A DNA stretch of 64,000 bases from Antechinus flavipes. Its lineage: Eukaryota. The stretch lies in contig NC_067398.1 in the NCBI RefSeq assembly GCF_016432865.1, positions 81,220,001 to 81,284,000 of the forward strand. Direction: 5' to 3'. Within the stretch, counting starts at the first letter, position 1. Every line of letters begins with the position of its first letter. The notes under the pieces are model-generated. The model had not been told where the DNA came from. It did not search any database and worked only from the letters and a program-made list of their open reading frames with translations. A program made the position numbers and the translations under genes. Shown here piece by piece: positions 23,521-37,764 of the stretch.

Positions 23521-25534
23521 GAACTGTATGGAATTCCAGTCAATCAGTTAATGAACAATTATTAAGTACCAGCTGTGTGCCGACCATCATGCTAAGGGCT
23601 GGGGACATAGAGAAATCCCTGCCCTTGAGGAGCTCACAGCCCGTAAGCAAGGTAAAGGTGGAAAATTCCTGGGTCAAGGGAGCCAGGAACCTGAGTTAGG
23701 TGTAGAGTCTCTGGATTGTGACAGAAACTTCCTGGTTCAATCTGAAAACAGAAATTCTAAGAAAAAGGCAGAAAATATTAAAAATACAGAGGAGCAAGCC
23801 TAGATTTCATCCATTAATTGGAATAATTAGTTATATGGACTGTACAGAACCAGGAATGGAAAAGCAGCCTCTCTAATAATCTGCCCAGGATAGTTTGATG
23901 AGTCTGGAGGTTCCAGGAGAGACAATAAATTATCTGAGATTGTCTGAACCTCTAGAAACTTTTAAATCTCTCCCTTTTCAAATAGAGGGGAAAGCAGGGA
24001 GATTGGGGTGAAAAATAGAGAGAGTGTTTGGACCAAGAGGAAGTAGAAGGTCATAAGAGAAGGCTCCCTCACAACACCAAGTTCTTTTCCCATTACACCT
24101 AGGATAGCCCTACAAATTTGGAAAAGGAAGAGAAAGAGCCAAAGTATTATTTTCCCCATTTTACAGATGGGAAAACTGGGGCACAGAGAAAAATAACTTG
24201 CCCCAGGGTCCCATGGTTGATTAGCAGCAGAGCTAGAGTTTGGCTGCAGTTCTTCTGACTATGACTGCAGGATTTTTCCCCCCACTATCCCAAGCATCTT
24301 CTTACATATGTTAGTCAGTATGTGATGACCTGGAATTTCTGGTTTGGGTTTTGTGGCCAGACTTGGGGCAATCCTTGGATCTTTCAGGCTCCAGGAAACC
24401 ATATCTTCTTTCATCAAAATGCTGGAATTGAAACAGAAGCATTGTTAATGGTGGAATTCTGGAGTTAGTTAACATGTACAGAATGAACACAGCCCCCGGT
24501 TACTGAGAGGAATTCAATCTGTTAATTAGCCAATCGTTCAAAAAACATTTAAGCACATAACTGCGTGCTGGGAAATATGAACTGTGAAAATGAGAGTCCT
24601 TGCCCATAAGAAGATTACAATCTGGGGGGGAAGAACTCACAAAAGGAAACAGAAAAGTGGGGAGGAAAGGGAAATGAACCTTGGAGTTTTCATAGAATCC
24701 AATGCCCTTAGTACAGATGAGAGAGATTAAATGCAAGATCTGAGGCAGGATTTGAATACAAGTCATAAACAAGGGAGGCAAGAGAATAGGCTGCCCACCA
24801 CAAGAGAATGGTCTTCCTCCTGCTACCTAGTACCAGGCAAGTGATGGAACTGTTTCCCCAGGTTCAGTCTTCCCTCAGCTCTGACCTTTCCTGGAAAGAA
24901 GATCATAAAAATTAATTCTTCCTGAAATATTTTTATACTTTTAAATATATTTGAATATAATATTCTGATTCTGATTATTATAATAATAATGCAGTTTTGC
25001 ATTACATTTTACAACTAAAAAAGCACTTTCATAGAATTCTTATCTTATTCTTATATTATTACAATTGGAGTTGGTTCCCTTGCTCTATTCATGCATGATC
25101 TCAAATAAAAATGATCAAGTTATATATGAATATAATTAAATACTATTGAAATTTTAAAAAAAAAAAAAGAAAAGAAAGAAAGAAGATCATACTGTTTTTT
25201 GCAGCAGCTTCCTCCCTCCAGCCCCGGGCCAATGAGAACATAGGGTCCTGGTTCTAGGGGAAGGCAATGGGGTGCTTAATCTTTGTGGTGTCATAGACCC
25301 CTTTGATAGTCTGACAAAACTCCTGGACTCCTGAGAGTCAAGTAAAATGCACAGGATTACAAATCTTACTGAAACTGAGTAATTAAAATCATGACCCCTA
25401 AGTTAAAATTAAGAATAACTGTTCTAGATTCATAAGGCAACTCAGAAACTAACTTGTCAGATCCCTTCATTTTACAGAAGGTCAATCAGGTAGTAAGTTT
25501 CCAAGGTGGGATTTGAATCCAGGTCTTCAGGGAC

Positions 25535-25750
25535 AGGTTGGTGGAGAAGTGGATAAAGCACTGGGCCTGGAGTCAGTTTAAATCTGAGCCGAGACACATA
25601 CTAGCTGTGTGACCCTAAGCAAATAACTTAATCCTGTTGTCTCCATTTCCTCATCTGGAAGTTGAGATGGAGAAGGAAAAGACAAATCCCTCCGGGATCT
25701 CTGCCAAGAAAACCCCAAATGGGGTCTTACAGCCAGACTCAAAGGACTGC
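25535..25750 (+). mobile_element. Mar1-type CORE-SINE
   Basis: tRNA head, CORE, and GCCAAGAAAACCCCAAATGGGGTC tail. Confidence 0.75.
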
Positions 25751-28107
25751 GCCATACTTCTGTCTTCAGAGCCGGTTCTATTCCACCCACAAGGGAGGAG
25801 GAGACCCTCTGCCTGAGGTCCTTCTGGGGTTGGAGCAGGAGGTGTGGGAGGGGAGGGGACGACTTAGGCTGAAATCTCTCTCAAAGAGAACAGATCGTCC
25901 AGCTTGGCTGCAACGTGAGAAGGACTGGCAGGGGTTCAACGTCTCCAGGAGTGAGCTGCAAGGGAGGCTGGACGCCCCTCAAGGTCACGGAGGTGGGCGT
26001 CCCTTGGAGCTGTCAGGGGCCTCAGAGAGACAAGTGGAAGGAACCTTGGAGAGCACCTCCTCATCTAAGCCCTTCGTTTTAGAGAGAGAAATTGATTCCG
26101 GGAGAGGTCCCAAGACCCTAGACTTAGGACAGGAAGATAGCTTAGTGGTCAAGCCCAAACACCTCATTATACAGATGGGGAGACTGAGACCCAGTGCTGT
26201 GAAGGGATTTGTCCATGGCCTTATGGTCAGTAAGTAGCAAAGCTGGTTTTGACCCATCCTGTAAATCCAAATCCATTTGACTTAGACCCAGAGTCAAAGT
26301 GATGGAGAGGGGACTCAAGCCATAGACTTCTGGAGTCCCTTGTAAGACCCCCCCTCCTTCTAAAGGCACCTGGACCGAGCCGAGAAGAGATGTCTTCCAC
26401 ATACAATGTTCCTCAGTGGGATAGATCCAGCCTCTCCATCGAAGGCCTTCAGTAACCAGGGAGCCCTCTACTTCATGAGGCAGCTCAGTCCACTTTGGGA
26501 ACAGGGTCTCCTTATTCTTTGGTTTTATCTCCCTCCCTACCACCTTCCCGCCTCCTATTTGGCCCTTCCTTCCTCTAGCTCAGAATCATAATTACAGAAC
26601 AGAAAGAAAAAAAACCTTGCAGTTTTCACAGGTTCCAACACCCTTATTACAGATGAAGAAACTGAGTCTGAGAGAAAATAAATATAAGTATTAGAGTCAG
26701 GATTTGAACTCAGGTGGGCTAGACTCCAAGGCTGGCGCTTCTGCCATCAGCCAATGATGACATCAGTATTACTGACGATGGTGACATCCGGGGCCTTCAA
26801 TTCTTAGTTTAAAATTTACCTTCTTCTATATATAGGTCTTCCTGGATAACAAACTCTCCCATAGTGTGTCCCCAGGACACATCCAGCCCTGCTGGAGAAC
26901 TTTGTCCTCATCGATACATTGCTCATAATTGTCCTCAAGTTATTCCGAGAAGGTGTTTCCTGCCTCCTGGCTGATTACGCATTCCAAGGAGTTAATAAAT
27001 GTTCATTGTTACCAATAATAAACACATATTTCATACATAATAAACACTGACTTTTATAATGAAGACATGACTTTTGAATCCTTGACTGTGACAGCTGTCA
27101 GACTGTCCAAGAGGACAAAGATCTTCTTGTCCAAATCTCCGTAACTTCCATTCTGTTTCACAGACAAAGTAAAGGTCTCCTTAATTCTAGGCCTTCCCTC
27201 TGTTGATTATCTCCTATTAATTCTCTATATAGCTTATTTGTACAAAGTTGTTTACGTGTTGTCTCCCCCACCGGACTGTGAGATTCTCGAGAGCAGGGAC
27301 TGTCTTGTATTCCCAGAGCTTAATAAATGTTCACTGACTGACTTGTAGATAGTTATACAATTATGAAGAGACAACCAGGGTCTCCCCACTCCCAGGCCAG
27401 GGCTCTTTCCACCAGGCAGAGCAGCTTTGCCCTTCCCAAAAGGGTTTGTCCCCCTCCCACAACCACACTTTGATCTTTACCACAGAGCCCCTATGAAGGG
27501 ACCCAAGGCCTTGCTTACAAGAGACTTGGTGTTCTGCCACTAATTTAGTATTCTTTCCCCTCAGTTTTCACTTCTGTTCACTGGGGACAACATTCCCCTC
27601 CCCAGGTGATTGGGAGGAGCCTCTTAGAGACTGGATGAGAGACTTGACTCAAAAGTGAAATGATACCTCCCCTTGAAGAATTCACTTTCTTTTGAGGGAG
27701 ACAACTGTTTGCACAAATGCAAAGGGAATACAAAGAATAAGCAAAGTAGCTGGGCCTTGGCAACCTTAGAGCTCAGGAAAGGACTGCTGTGGAAGTTTGC
27801 ATTTAAGCTGGACTTTAAAGGAAATTAGGGATGTGTGGGCAAAGGCTCAGAGATGGGAGATGGACTAGCATGTATATATGAGGGACAATAAAAAGAGGCA
27901 GCTTAGCTAGATGAAGAAGGTTGGACTTAAAAGTCAGGAAGGCCTGAATTTAAATTTTGCCTCTGGCTCTGTAACCCTGGACAATTCATTTAACCTTTCA
28001 GTCTCAGTTTCCCCACCTGTAAAATGGGAATAATAGCAGTACCTCTCTAACAGGGATGTTGTGAAAATTAAATAAGATATTACAAGTTCTTTAAAGCCCT
28101 TAAAAGC

Positions 28108-28260
28108 CAGAGTTCTCAACCTGGGATCTGTGAATTTATTTATTTGCATTTTGATCATCATATTTCCATGTAATTGGTTTCCTTGATAATCTGATGCATT
28201 TAAACATTCACCAGACACTACCCAATGGATCCATGTCACCAGAAAGGTTAACAAGTTCTG
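28108..28260. mobile_element. Ancient hAT-Charlie-type MITE (related copies ~25270-25425 and ~31040-31200)
   Basis: Degenerate TIRs CAGAGTTCTCAACCT / AGGTTAACAAGTTCTG. Internal motifs are shared with two other copies in the window. No clean TSD. Confidence 0.5.
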
Positions 28261-30469
28261 TTAGTTCATTATATAAAGTCAGCTATTGCTATCATGATTT
28301 AAAAGGGCAGGTGCATATATATATAATATTATATATTAATGCTTTGAACATCGAAAAGTGTCACCGCAGTATATAGACAGGACAGAGAGCAAGTTCGAGA
28401 ATCTGGCTGTTGGAATGAGGGGTGAGGGGAGGGAGGGAGGGCTTGGGGGAGGGGGAGCCTACGACCTGATCTTCCCCGCTGCCCTCCAGACCTGGCCGGG
28501 CCTCCCGGTGTCTGGTTTCCTGACCCTCTTGGATACTCCGTGGGCTGGTATCAGGATTTCTTCCTCCACACCCCTGAGGGGTGAGGGGGGCAGCTGCCCG
28601 CGTCTCCAGCCTATGGGGAGAGGGGTGGGGACCAGGGATGGGCGCCAGCCACCTGAGGGCTGCCCAAATCCAGAACAGCTGAGTGTCGGAGCACTTTGGA
28701 CAAGGGAAGGGATCAGGCTGCAACTCAAAGAGGAGGCAGTAGGGTGGGATGGAAAGAATGCTAGCTTTGGGGGTCAGAGGCCCTGAGTGTACGTCTCTCT
28801 CGTGACTACCTACATAACTGTGACTTTGAGCAAGTCACACTCCTTTCCAATCCTCAGTTTCCTAACCTGTAAAATTGGACTAGAGGACATTTGAGATCCT
28901 TCCAGCTCTCAATGTATGATCCAGCGATCTCCTGGCCCATCCTTTTCCATGCCCTTGGGTTTATTTCTGCCCCTCAGCTGCTTCCTTCTCTCTCCCCACT
29001 CCTCTACTTCTGCTTTAGCTCAATGAAGTTTCCCAGCTCCCCCCATCCTCCTGTGCACTCCTCCATCCCTTACTGTCAGTACCACATAAGGACAAATGTT
29101 CCCTAAATTCAGTGATTCATACCTTTAAATCTTTCCCATCATCCACCCCCAATTAGACTGAGGTTCTTAAGGACAAGGATTCTGCCTCCTCCTTCTATCT
29201 CTCCTGACATTCATGCATTCAACAGACGTTTATTAATCTCTTGCTAGAGGCAGGGCCCTATGCTAGGCACTGGGGGAGAAAACAGGATCACAGATTTAGA
29301 GCTGAAAATCTAATCAACCCCCTCATTTTACAGATGAAGAAACCGAGGCATTGGGAAGCTGAATCATTTATCCAATGTTTCCAAGGCAGGATTTGAGCTC
29401 AGGTCCCTGATTCCAAAACTTGTGCTCTTTCTGACCTCCTCAGGGAGACTAGATGTAGACTCCATTTCTGCTCTCATAGAACAAACAGCCTGTGGATGAC
29501 AGGGGTGTGGAGGGTGAGAGTGTCAAAATTAAGTCTCTCAGGCTCTGACTGAGGTTCGCTTCTGCCCTGAGGTCAGTCTTCCAATCAGCGGCGAGGGAGC
29601 CCCAGTCCGAGTTTTAATCAGATTGGTCTCAGATAAAAATCTGTTGAGGATATGGAGTCCACTAAGGAGATGCTCAGAATAGAGCTAGTACTCAAGACAA
29701 GCAAGGGTGAAGTCACTAAAATCACTTCCAAAGGGAACTCTTCAGGGCTTCATTTCTCTAAGGGATCGCTATTTCTCTGGACCTTATTCATCTCTGGGGG
29801 GATGCTTCCGAGTCTCTGATTCTCCCGGGACAGGACGGAGGGACTGGGAAAGGAAAGGGATATTTTCATAGTTCTTGCAGTTCTTATCAAAGGGGATACT
29901 TCAGAGTCCAAGAGCAGTGGGTGGCTGGGAATCAGGCCCCCAGATTCTGATCCCCCACTTCCATCCCCACCATCCCATCCACAACTGAAGTAACTCTGGG
30001 TGCCAGAATTTCTAGTTAAGTCCCTGGGAGATGATTCAGGTTTTATAGCTTCGGGGAACTTGGTTTGACAAGTTGATCTGATTGACTAATCATTTTGTTT
30101 TCTCCCAATGTCACATTTGGAAAAACAACTCAGCAGAGAATGGGTGGGTAAGCAGAGTGGGAAAGTCTGTGTCTCGTCTTAATGACAATTTCCTTCCTTG
30201 GAAGGTGTAGAAATCGATGAAAAGAGCTGCTAGCCTGGCTCTGATTCCAACCAAAAAAAGAGTAACTAGAGGCTGACTCACAGAGGATTGGAATGATGAA
30301 GAAGCAGCCCCTCGGTCTTGGTACCCGCCGTTCCCAAATAGATCCCCCTCTCTCCACACACAGTCCCAGCCTCCCTCCTCCTTCTTCCAGTCTCCCGGGC
30401 AGCTCAAGCTCCACAAACAGGACTCGTCAGCTTCCCACCCCACCACCCGTTCAGAAGAGCATCCAGTCT

Positions 30470-30840
30470 CCCACATTCAAGGGCACCACCTGTCACTCAG
30501 GTTGGAAACATCAGTGTCACCCTTGACTCTTCACTCTGACTCACTCCACAGTCATCCGGTTGACAAATCATTTTTCTTTCTTCATCACTTCTCTTAAACA
30601 CATTCTCTTCTCTCCATTCACACAGCCACCACCCTGGTTCAGGCCTGGATCGCCTTTCACCAGAACTATTGCTGTGCCCTGATTGGTCTTTCCTACTTCA
30701 AGCTTCTCCCCGTTCCCATCCATCTGCCACCCAGTTACAGAAGTAATTTTCCTAAAATGCAGGTCGGAGTTCCCTGCCCAATAAACACCAGTTGCTCCTG
30801 ATTACTTCCAGGGCCATATTCTCCATTTGGCATCCAAAGA
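30470..30840 (+). mobile_element. L2 3' fragment
   Basis: L2-like motifs CACAGCCACCACCCTGGTTCAGGCC and TTCCTAAAATGCAGGTC. Confidence 0.7.
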
Positions 30841-33740
30841 CAAAGAAGTGGTGTAGTGGACAGAGCGCTGGGCCTGGAATCGGGAGGGTCTAAGTTCAAA
30901 TTCAGACACTTAAGTCTGTGTCATCCTAGGCAAATCCCTTAACCTCAGTTAATGGGGGAAATTATAGCACCTACTGATCAGTTATTCTTCTTGTTCTCTT
31001 TGATTTTTGTTATTGAGGGATGGCTCTGTAGCAGAGCCATGTGGTCTTTAAACTTGTGTCTAAAAAAAATGATAATTTCCTTTCCTTATAATGAGCTTCC
31101 TTTGTATTTTTCTTAGGAATTTTATTTTATGCATTTAAAAGCATGATTCTGAAACAGGATTCATCAGACACTCCCAAGTGGTCCATGACACAAGGTTCCG
31201 TGAGATGGTTGAGCTCCTAAAAAGTAGAAACTATATTTGTAAGCCTTACTTTGTATTCTTCAATTTAACCAGTGATTGGCATATAAATATGTGTGAGCTG
31301 ACTGGTTAGAAAAAAAAATTAAGGATCTCTGCTTTATGGACAAGAGTATATCTGGAAATGAAGGTGACATTTAAAAAAGATATCCAAAAATAACAATAGT
31401 TTTAAATGTGTAAGGAAAGCCAGACCAGGCCATATACCGATTACTTAAGGATTGCCTCTCAGCAGATCTCCAGGGGAAAAAGGCAGACCTCCTGGCTGCT
31501 CTGAGGACCCCCATCTGGGACTCACCTAACAAGAGGTTCAAACTTAAGGAGAGAACTACACTGCCTCCCAAGAGGCAAAGCTGAGGTTTTAACTCACAGT
31601 CTTCTCTTTACACAATACCACACTAACACACTCCAAGTGGAAAACCCAGGAAATGTAAATGGGATCCTCTCCATAGGCTGGACATAGCCTAAAGCTTTCC
31701 AAGCCCAAATCCTCTGACCAATCATGAAAATGCAAAGTGAAAAATGCCCAAGAACCATCAACCTGCCAAGGCTGAGAAGTGGGGAGGGGGCTTTGTGGGA
31801 GGAGGGCTGTAACTGAGGAGAGGAGCTCTGTCCCCCCAGGAGGCTTCCTTCCCTCCCTTTTTTTCAGGGAAACTGGCCTTTCCCCTTCAAGCTGTTGATC
31901 TCCTCCTCCTCTTCCTTTGGGCTCTCTCCCCCTGTACCCGCTGGGCATGTTGTAATTGGGACTATTTTTAGACAGCTCTCATGCTCTGGGGGAACTGCAG
32001 TCTGTGAAACAAGGGAAAGCCAGTCCCCACCCCCATCCTCAACCACCCCCATCCAGTTGCTGATGACAGAAAATGACTGCTTAAGATCCAAAAGTGAAAA
32101 GTTTGGGGATGGGCAGTGGGAGTCCCACCTGCCCCCAGCTTGATGCCTCCCCCTGTCAACTGATTCAAACATTTTCTTCCACAACCATCATCACCATTAG
32201 GTTCCCTAGTCAGGGCCCTAAACGGCTCACAAAGAATTCTCTTAACTGCACATTTAATAGGTGGCTGTTCCATCTTTGATTAAAACCTGTAGGTAAGTGC
32301 TTAATAAATGCTTGTTGACTGACTGACTGACCATGTCCCAAGGCAGCCCATTCTAATTTGGGGCTACTCTCATTTTTAGGAGAGTTTTTCTTTCCTTTTA
32401 TCAAGCTGAAATTTACCTCTCTGAACTTTTAACATATTGTTCCCTCTCTGGAGCTAATTTGTCTCCAGCATCCTTAGATCATCTGACACAATCCCTTCAT
32501 TTTTAGAAGTAGAAACAGAGGTCTGGAGTTTTTCAATGACTTGACCAATGACACAGAAATATTAACTAACAGAGGCAAGATTGGAACCCAGGTTTTTTGA
32601 CTCCACATCTAAAACCTTTCCACTGTACTACACTGCCCTTCAGGGCTGAGTCTGTCCCATAATCCATGGCTCAGACTAACCGCATTTCTGTGGGGGAAAC
32701 CAGTCTGTCCCATTTCAGTGCTCCAGTCCCCTTATTAAATATACTTTCTAAAATACAACTAAGAAAACTTCTTTTTGTAAACTGTGGAATGACCTACAAG
32801 TGTTTCATATCCTTTTACTCCTAAGTCTAAACTAACTGCTTTGATTCTACCTACATTTTAGAAAGTTAGAAATCAGAGATAGAGAGACTTCCCAATCTGG
32901 ATGCAGTCCTCAAACATATATTGTCTGAATTACACCCCATCCATTAGTGATGTGAAAATCTGTAGGAGAGTGTGCTCCTGGTGGAGGGGGAGGAAAAGGG
33001 GAGTGAGGATTTTCCTTGTTATTTAGCTTATGATTCTGTCTTTGTTTTGAGCTAATGTGTTCTCTAACGTGGTTAGATTTTTTTTTTAATGTTTTTGGAT
33101 GGGAACTGGTGAGCTGTGCTCTTGAACAGATATTAATCCAAAGCATGCCTTGAGGCAGGATCTAGATTCTAGAGCTCCTCACCTGAGGGGGTTTCACTAC
33201 AGGCACAAGATAGACCATCAGATCAAACTACACTTTCCAAGCAGATTGATCTATGCCCTGACCTGGCAACCAACCACTAATAATAACCTATTGGTCTATC
33301 TTCTCAATGAGAAATGTGATAGACAAAAACTCTTGGATACCAGATCTGGCCCCTGAGAGATCCTAATTCTAATCCTGCCTCTGCCATTTCAGTGACTTCA
33401 AGCAGCTCTACATTTCTTTGACCTTCTTTTCCTCTTTGGTACAATGAAGAGATGGAACCAGACTATCTTAAATGGCCCTTCTAGTTCTAAAACCTCTGGT
33501 CCCATATAATTAATCAAGATCAGAGTTTGATAAAAGAAACCAGGAGGAGAAGAGAATTCTTTCTCTTTCCATAAAATGGTATTTTTTAACCAGCTCATTC
33601 CTACCTTCTGGGAGCAAAGCTCCCAGAAATCTTTATAACAGGCTCAAGTGGAGATGAGGAGGAGAAAGCAACAGATGCTTCCACACTCTCTGTCCTCATA
33701 GACCCAGTCCCTTCAGCTGCTAGGAATTCCTTTTCCCTCA

Positions 33741-34280
33741 ATTTAATAGTATTTTATTTTTTCCAAATACATGTAAAGATAGTTTTCAGCATTTACGTTA
33801 CAGAATTTTGATTTCTAATTTTTTCTCCTTCCCTCATCTCCCCCACTCTCTCCAAAAACAGCAAGCAATCTGATATAGGTTATACATATACAATCATATT
33901 ATATACATTTCCACATTAGTCTTATTGTGAAAGAAGAATAAGAACAAAAGGGAAAAACACAAGAAAGAAAAAAAACCAAAAAATGAAAATAGTATCTGCA
34001 TTCAGATTCTGTAGTTCTTTCTCTGAATGTGGTTGCTATTTTCCATCAATGGGTCCTTTGGAATTGTCTTGGGTCATTGTATTGCTGGGAAGAACTAAGT
34101 ATCAAAGCTGATCCTCACATAATGTGGCTGTTACAGGATATAATGTTCTCCTAGTTCTGTTCACTTCACTCAGCATGGGTTCGTGTAAGTCTTTCCAGGA
34201 TTTTCTGAAATCTGCCTGCTCATCATTTCTTATAGCACAATAATATTCCAATACATCCTTATGCCAAAATTAGTTCAGAT
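33741..34280 (-). mobile_element. L1 3' fragment
   Basis: Antisense L1 3'UTR and ORF2 end. Confidence 0.8.
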
Positions 34281-34459
34281 GCTGGAAATTCTTGATAGAA
34301 CTTGGAAGAGTTCTACTCTATTTTTTCCACACCCTATGTCCTAGAATAGACCAATGCAGTCCTGGGTTGTTGCTTGTTCCCAGTTAGTCCCAGAAAGCCA
34401 AGAATGGGGGTCAAGTGTCTAGGGGCTCCCTAGAATCCTTGATTCCCAAACCCTTATCA

Positions 34460-34830
34460 GTAGCCTTTCATGGCCAAAATGGCCTCCTTACATTCTCATC
34501 CATCATCACATATCGTTTCTCATCTACATGCCCCATGCTGGACTATATTTTCTTCTCACTTCTGCCCCTCAGAATCCCTGGTTTTCTTCAGAACTCAGCT
34601 GACACGCTGCTATTCCTTCATAATGCTTTGCCTGATCCCCAGATGCTAATTCTCCATGGTGTCCATTACTCTGCATTTATTTTGTACACATATTTTGTAT
34701 GTACATATGATTATACTTCCACTCACAGATCGAGTGCTTCAGAACAGGGATTGTTTCCTTCTTGTCTTTCTATTCCCTTGCTCTTAGCACTGTGTTTAAT
34801 ATATACAATAGAGATGCTTCTGAAAGAATG
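34460..34830 (+). mobile_element. L2 3' end
   Basis: L2 terminal motifs (GCTATTCCTTCATA, CAGGGATTGTTT, TTAGCAC...TAGAGATGCTT). Confidence 0.6.
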
Positions 34831-37764
34831 GATGGGTGAAAGCCTGGATGATTTCGGATACTGTTGCAGAAAGGGCATTTCAGGCGGGTGCAGGCTGTAT
34901 TTCATGGCCTCTGAGGTCTCTGATGATTTGGTGAATTTCTGGGTCTGATGAAGGAAGAAGGGTGAGTTGCCATGGAGATGACTTTGCAAGGAGCAGGCAA
35001 GCCAGAGGAGGCTATTTGAGGGAGGAGAGAAATAGGGGTTATCCTCCCCTTCATTCATTCTTCTTTTTCTGTTCTTCATTGTTTAAATAAAAAAAAATCT
35101 GGTGAAATTAAGTGATTTGTTCTTATTTTCATTCAGGGTTCATAGTCCCTCCCCACCAGTATCAGGAACCCTAGTGGGGAAGGGTCACTTGCCAGTTGTT
35201 CTAGTTCCCTAATCTTCCTCTTTCCATTGATTTCTCATTCTCTACCGGAATCCCTTTTTTCACTCAGACAACAGTCATTCCTCTCCCTTGTTTATTGACA
35301 GAGACACTGTGAGCACTGAGAGTTAGCCCAGGAAATCCCACTAAGAACAGATAGAGAGATGTCTTTGGTCTTCCTCTCCAGGACAGTGGCCCTATGTGGT
35401 GGGAGCTTCTTCTCCTACTCCATCCACCGGCCATCTCCTGCCCCTTTCTGGACTAGAACAAGGAATGAGAGGGAAGCAGAAGGTGTAGGAGCTGCAGAGG
35501 GTTTATTAAAAAGGTGTTATCTGGCTTTCTGTCTGAGGCAGGGAAGGTTATCAGGAGATAGAAGACCCGCCCCACAAGTCCCTTCCCCTTTCGGGACCTT
35601 CAGTCCCATTCAGTACAATATAGGTTTGAGACCAGATGGTTTCTAAGGCTGACTCCAATTTTGACTTTCTAGGTCCCAGCCCAATGTCTTTTTCTCAGGG
35701 CTCCCCCAGCTCAAAGACCACCAGCTCCTGAAAGTTCTGGAATCTTACAACCAAAAGGGACCGACTTGGGTCCCTCTTTGGATCTCTTGTTGCATTGTAC
35801 TTTGACCTTATACATTTATGACTCTGTATCTATAGTTCCATCCTCTTATCTAGGGATAATTGGTGGCATATTCTTTTTGTGTCCCTGACTTATCTCAGAC
35901 TAGTAGAGCTCAAGGTCCCTCAAGGCTGCTTCTTATTTATTTTTAAATTTTTATTATTTTTTTAATTTAAATTTAATTTTTATTCTTTTTAAATCCCCAG
36001 GATTGTACAGGCTCTCACCTGGTCCAGTTTCCTCTTTTTGCATAGACAAATGAGCTTACAGAGAGACAATTTCGCAAACTCTGAGAAAATTCATTTGGTA
36101 AGAGTTAGTGATCACAGACCTCGCTGTAATTCCTGACTTGAATCCTGATTTCCAGCCCACTGATCCTCCCAGGGCTGCTCTAAGAGCTATGTTCTCCCTC
36201 TCCCCAGACTGATGGCAGTGCTGAAAAGCCCTCTTCCTCTCCACCAGCACCCCCGAGGTGCTCCTTCCCCTGGAATGAGAACTGAAAGGCCCCAAAGGGA
36301 CCTCCCTGCTGTCCTTTGGAAGTCTTCCCTAGGTTTCAGAGTGTTTCCAGGCCGACCTCAGGAGGCTTAGAGGGCCTTAAGGATTTGGATTCATAGAGCT
36401 AGAAGGGAGCTTTAGGATCTCGCTCCATGCTAGCTCTGGTAGCAATCAGTGCATCTTAACATGGTAATCAAGGGGAATACCCAGGTCGGGATGATCTCAC
36501 CCTGATCACAAAGCTGACCTCCCAAGGCACTGACACCTGGTATTAGGAGATAGGAGAGGAACGGGGAAGGGCACGCCGGGCTGCTCCTGGGCAGCCCCTT
36601 TCAATGATAAGTTCCACAAGAACAGGAACTTGGTCATCTCCACTTCTATATCTTCTGACCATGTGCTCTCTGGACTTTACCACTATGACTCAGATGCCTT
36701 CTCACCCTAGAACTTCCCTTTGCCAAGTTTTTTGTCCACTCAGTGAGTTCCTTGGAATAAGAGTGTCCATTTGAGAAAAGGCCTCCTATGGATACTCTTC
36801 TTCTCTGGTTGGGCTTCTTTCTGACTCTCCAGACTTTCCCAAAATGGCCCATATTCCTCCTTTTTAGGTGTTGTATTCTTTAATTAGAATACAAGCTTTT
36901 TGCTGGCAAGGACTAGCTTTTCCATTGTATTTGTAGCTTTAACACAGAATCTAGCACATAGTAAGTGCTGAATAAATGCCTGTACTTCATAGGTGCTCAT
37001 TGAAGGTGTGTTTCAATTGTTGCATTTAATCCTAATTCAACCGTCTCTTTCTCTTTTTATCAGTGTTTCTGTCTCCGAATTCATCCTTCCTCATCTTCCT
37101 GTTATTTTTAGCATTTCTATTGTTTTGAGGGGCCCAGAAGGGGAAAAAAAACCCAACTATCTTTACCTGATTAAATTTCCTTTCTCTAGGATGGATTTAT
37201 TTAACCTGATAAAGACCAATGGGACCAGAAGTTAGCACAGTACTTTGCACATAACGAGTTTAAGGAATGCTTGTTTATGATTAATTGATCTCAAAGACTT
37301 GTTCTTTCTTGCCTAAGGGGCTGAACACAGGAGTTTGGCTAATAACATAGTCCACTAAGGCTGTTAGACCCAGTCCTATCGACCTTCCCAATGCTTCTCC
37401 CCCATTCCACCACTACATTTCCCACAAGACTTTAGATGAACACTTTACAGTTGTGTGGATCTTTAGCTGTTCAGGGGGTACTGGCTGAAACCAGCCTAGC
37501 CATGGAGTCTACACACTAAATGATTTATATTCCCATGAACCTAGAGACCAGAGTTTGGCTCTGAGCACTTAAGGCATTATCAACTAGGCTGGGTTCAAAA
37601 AGGCTTCCTGGGGATGTGGCTTTGAAGAGAAACTAATCTGGTTTAGATAATTGGAAAAACTACCTCCCCCAACCCTATTCAGAATGGACAAAATTTGTTC
37701 CACCCTTCAGATTACCTTTAACCTCAAGTATTGTTTCTGAATCTCACTCTTTTTAAAAACTTTT

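Noticed and set aside
25662-26237. 191-aa ORF
   Set aside because: Starts inside a Mar1 SINE and ends in a MIR; no protein family recognised.
26754-26830. Box C-like ATGATGA suggesting a C/D snoRNA
   Set aside because: No box D CTGA at the expected distance, no terminal stem, and not in a host intron.
34415-34948. 177-aa ORF
   Set aside because: Mostly overlaps a decayed L2 3' end; chance open frame.
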